Positions 54,347 through 56,382 of a stretch of 56,382 bases of DNA are shown piece by piece (the first letter of the stretch is position 1; each line of letters starts with the position of its first letter). The notes beneath the pieces were generated by a model. It saw nothing but the letters and a program-made list of their open reading frames with translations, searched no databases and was not told where the DNA came from. This DNA comes from Smithella sp. SCADC (GTDB lineage: Bacteria > Desulfobacterota > Syntrophia > Syntrophales > Smithellaceae): assembly GCA_000747625.2 (NCBI GenBank), contig JQDQ01000013.1:1-56382 (forward strand), written 5' to 3'. The position numbers and the translations under genes were made by a program.

Positions 54347-55168
54347 TCAGGCTGTTGGTTTTGAGTTTTTTATTCTTATTTTTTTAATGCTGCGTTCGTC
54401 AGCATTTTCGATGGTAATTTCCAATCCTTCGATTTGAAATTTTTCTCCGGACAATGGAATTCTTCTGATGGAATTTAATATCAGGCCGCTTAACGTCTCA
54501 TATTTGCCTTTTTTCAAGCTGACATTTAAATGTTCTTCAACATTTTCAATTTCTATTCGTCCATCGAATATAATTGAACCATCCGGCAATTGCAAAATTC
54601 CATCAGCCACATTGGTTGTTTCATGTTCATCACGAAGTTCGCCGACAATTTCTTCGAGCAAATCTTCCAATGTAATCAAGCCGGCTGTTCCGCCATACTC
54701 ATCAATAACAATAGCCATGTGTTTCTTGTTTTCTTTTAATTCATAAAATAATAAATGAGTATTTTTTGTTTCGGGTATGTAATAAGGCGTGCTCAAACAA
54801 GCCAGTAAATCATCCTTGGTGATTTGCCTGGACCAGAATTTAAGCATGTCTTTAACATTCAGGACGCCGGCAATGTTATCGATTGTTCCACGATAAACGG
54901 GAATACGCGTATGTCTTGATTCAATTACTTCATTAATAATTTCGTCAATGGTCGCCTCCGTGCTCACAGCAACAATCTCCGTGCGTGGAATCATGATCTC
55001 ACGAACTAAAATATGGGTAAACTCCAGAATGCCTTCTATCATTTCCCGCGAAGAAGGATCTAACAGGCCGCTCTTCTGCGCACCGGATAAGGCAGCATCA
55101 ATTTTGCTTTTAATGTATTTATTGTCGCGCCAGAAAAATAGTTTGAGAATAATTTCTGTTATCTTCAA
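54347..55168 (-). CDS. corC: CBS-pair + CorC/HlyC domain protein (CorC/YbeX-type)
   Basis: 273 aa; REIMIPRTEIV... is followed by two CBS motifs, ...DEYGGTAGLITLEDLLEEIVGE..DE, and the transporter-associated C-terminal domain. It is adjacent to lnt, as in many genomes. Confidence 0.85.
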   Translation of the reverse strand: MKITEIILKLFFWRDNKYIKSKIDAALSGAQKSGLLDPSSREMIEGILEFTHILVREIMIPRTEIVAVSTEATIDEIINEVIESRHTRIPVYRGTIDNIAGVLNVKDMLKFWSRQITKDDLLACLSTPYYIPETKNTHLLFYELKENKKHMAIVIDEYGGTAGLITLEDLLEEIVGELRDEHETTNVADGILQLPDGSIIFDGRIEIENVEEHLNVSLKKGKYETLSGLILNSIRRIPLSGEKFQIEGLEITIENADERSIKKIRIKNSKPTA

Positions 55169-55185
55169 AAATACTTCTCCATGAA

Positions 55186-56058
55186 TTATAAGCCGCGTAA
55201 ATGTTCCGGTCTGATCTGGCCCGGATCTTTTGCTTCGATGACTGAACTAATCATTTTTAATTTTTTTTCTTTCTCCCGTGGTAAATAAGCTTTTACCGGT
55301 AAGTAGTTCGAAGCATGATTGGAAGTGAAGAAACAATTTGTAAAATTGGAATTGGCAATCATCAAATAAAGCTCGCGGATAAAGCCGAATTGATCAGGCA
55401 AAACAAAACGGCCGGCGACATAATCCTCATACATCTCTGTTTCCGGTATTAACATCAGGGTAAGGGCGCCCACATAGTCGGGATCAATATCGCTCAGAAT
55501 TTTTGCCGTATCAATGGCATGCTCAATGCTTTTTTCGATTCCACCCAATCCCAACAACACAGTTACAGAAAGTATTATACCGGCTTCTTTAACGCGCCGC
55601 CCTGCTTCCACCATTTGTTCGTAAGTCACGCCTTTATGAATTTTTTGCAGTAATTCAACATTGCCTGTCTCCACACCTAAATAAATTATCTTTAAGCCTA
55701 AATCTCTTAATTTCTTCAATTCATCAACACTTTTTCTTAATATGCTTTTGGCATTGGCATAAGTTCCTATTCTGTCTAAATTCGGCAGGTTAGTATTGAT
55801 TAATTTAAGTATTTCTTCAAGACGCGGCTGCGGTATGATCAGGGCATCGCCATCACATAAAAACACTCTATCCACATTCTCATACGAACTGGCTTCATGC
55901 AGATCTTTTTTAATTTGGTCCAAAGATTTAATTTTAAATTTCTTTTGCCGGTAGGCTCCGCAAAAAGTGCATTTGTTATTAGAACAGCCGACAGTGACCT
56001 GTAAAAGTAAACTGTAAGCTTCACTTGGCGGCCTTATTATTAATCCTTCATAATCCAT
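55186..56058 (-). CDS. Radical SAM protein, specific function unknown
   Basis: 290 aa; IIRPPSEAYSLLLQVTVGCSNNKCTFCGAY carries the CxxxCxxC cluster motif in an Elp3-like TIM-barrel context. There is no B12-binding or SPASM extension. Confidence 0.7.
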   Translation of the reverse strand: MDYEGLIIRPPSEAYSLLLQVTVGCSNNKCTFCGAYRQKKFKIKSLDQIKKDLHEASSYENVDRVFLCDGDALIIPQPRLEEILKLINTNLPNLDRIGTYANAKSILRKSVDELKKLRDLGLKIIYLGVETGNVELLQKIHKGVTYEQMVEAGRRVKEAGIILSVTVLLGLGGIEKSIEHAIDTAKILSDIDPDYVGALTLMLIPETEMYEDYVAGRFVLPDQFGFIRELYLMIANSNFTNCFFTSNHASNYLPVKAYLPREKEKKLKMISSVIEAKDPGQIRPEHLRGL

Positions 56059-56329
56059 AACTTATTTTGTTTTTCCTTTAACGGTTTATAATACCATTTT
56101 GCATTCAAAGGACAACGCAGCGGCAAGGAGGAGGCTCCGCAGGCGTATTACTAATACGTTGAGGAAACCGACAACCCCTGCCTGCGCATGGGCAGGCTGT
56201 GCCAACAAAGTTAGCCGAAGAAGGCGGAATGGTGTAAGCTTTTATATCAGAATATGCCCAAAAAGCAAGCGATAAGCCAAGGCATAAATGAGAGCTTTGC
56301 ACAACTCTTCTGTTCGTTATACCGGCGAA

Positions 56330-56382
56330 GAAACTGTGTCGCAATTGCAAAATGAGTAATGTCCCCCGCGGGGGTAGGGTTT
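56330..56382. mobile_element. Left end of a second family B MITE-like element, cut by the window edge
   Basis: gaaactgtgtcgcaattgcaaaatgagtaatgtcccccgcggggg matches gagactgtgtcataattgcaaa...atgagtaatgtcccccgctggcggggg at 35856-35919. Confidence 0.6.

Overview
This is a 56.4-kb chromosomal segment from a moderately low-GC diderm bacterium. It carries LPS and outer-membrane genes (lptF/lptG, a GT9 heptosyltransferase-like gene, lnt, a complete arn lipid-A aminoarabinose operon, and Wza/Wzz). About 85% of the coding capacity is conserved housekeeping on the minus strand: rdgB, rel, proS, ispG, coaD, rsmD, pssA-psd, then tsaB-rseP-dxr-cdsA-uppS-frr-pyrH-tsf-rpsB, argJ, secA, ahcY-panD-panC, prfB with its +1 frameshift, lnt and corC, plus one tRNA-Pro. 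I saw no rRNA, CRISPR array, transposase, integrase or phage genes. The lineage guess (Desulfobacterota-like) rests only on gene order and repeat style. The interesting material is in the seams between the housekeeping blocks. (1) At 33.4-36.1 kb, a decayed second copy of the unit [promoter + small Cys-rich zinc-ribbon gene + repeat + arnD 3' end] is circularly permuted. A HEPN/MNT toxin-antitoxin pair sits where the intact copy has a MITE, and the duplicated promoter with a truncated ORF is fused by an ATGA overlap to a plsC-like acyltransferase. (2) The leader of panC has a three-segment terminator/antiterminator architecture. (3) At 15.4-18.6 kb a plus-strand three-gene island (excisionase-type HTH protein, ExeA/MshM-like AAA+ ATPase with a repetitive Pro/Glu-rich tail, TPR protein) lies next to decayed ABC-transporter genes. 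(4) There are several gene relics: an rph core fragment, a PAP2 phosphatase C-terminus with a frameshift, and ABC ATPase and permease fragments. (5) There are two families of hairpin-forming intergenic repeats and a 7-bp periodic GTGAANN tract. (6) A PurF-type amidophosphoribosyltransferase lacks the N-terminal catalytic cysteine. None of these can be shown from sequence alone to be a new biological system. The permuted duplication with its toxin-antitoxin pair, the panC leader and the HTH/AAA+/TPR island are the best candidates for follow-up. The ORF track translates TTG/GTG starts as M, so several track ORFs are over-extended at the 5' end and I have trimmed them.
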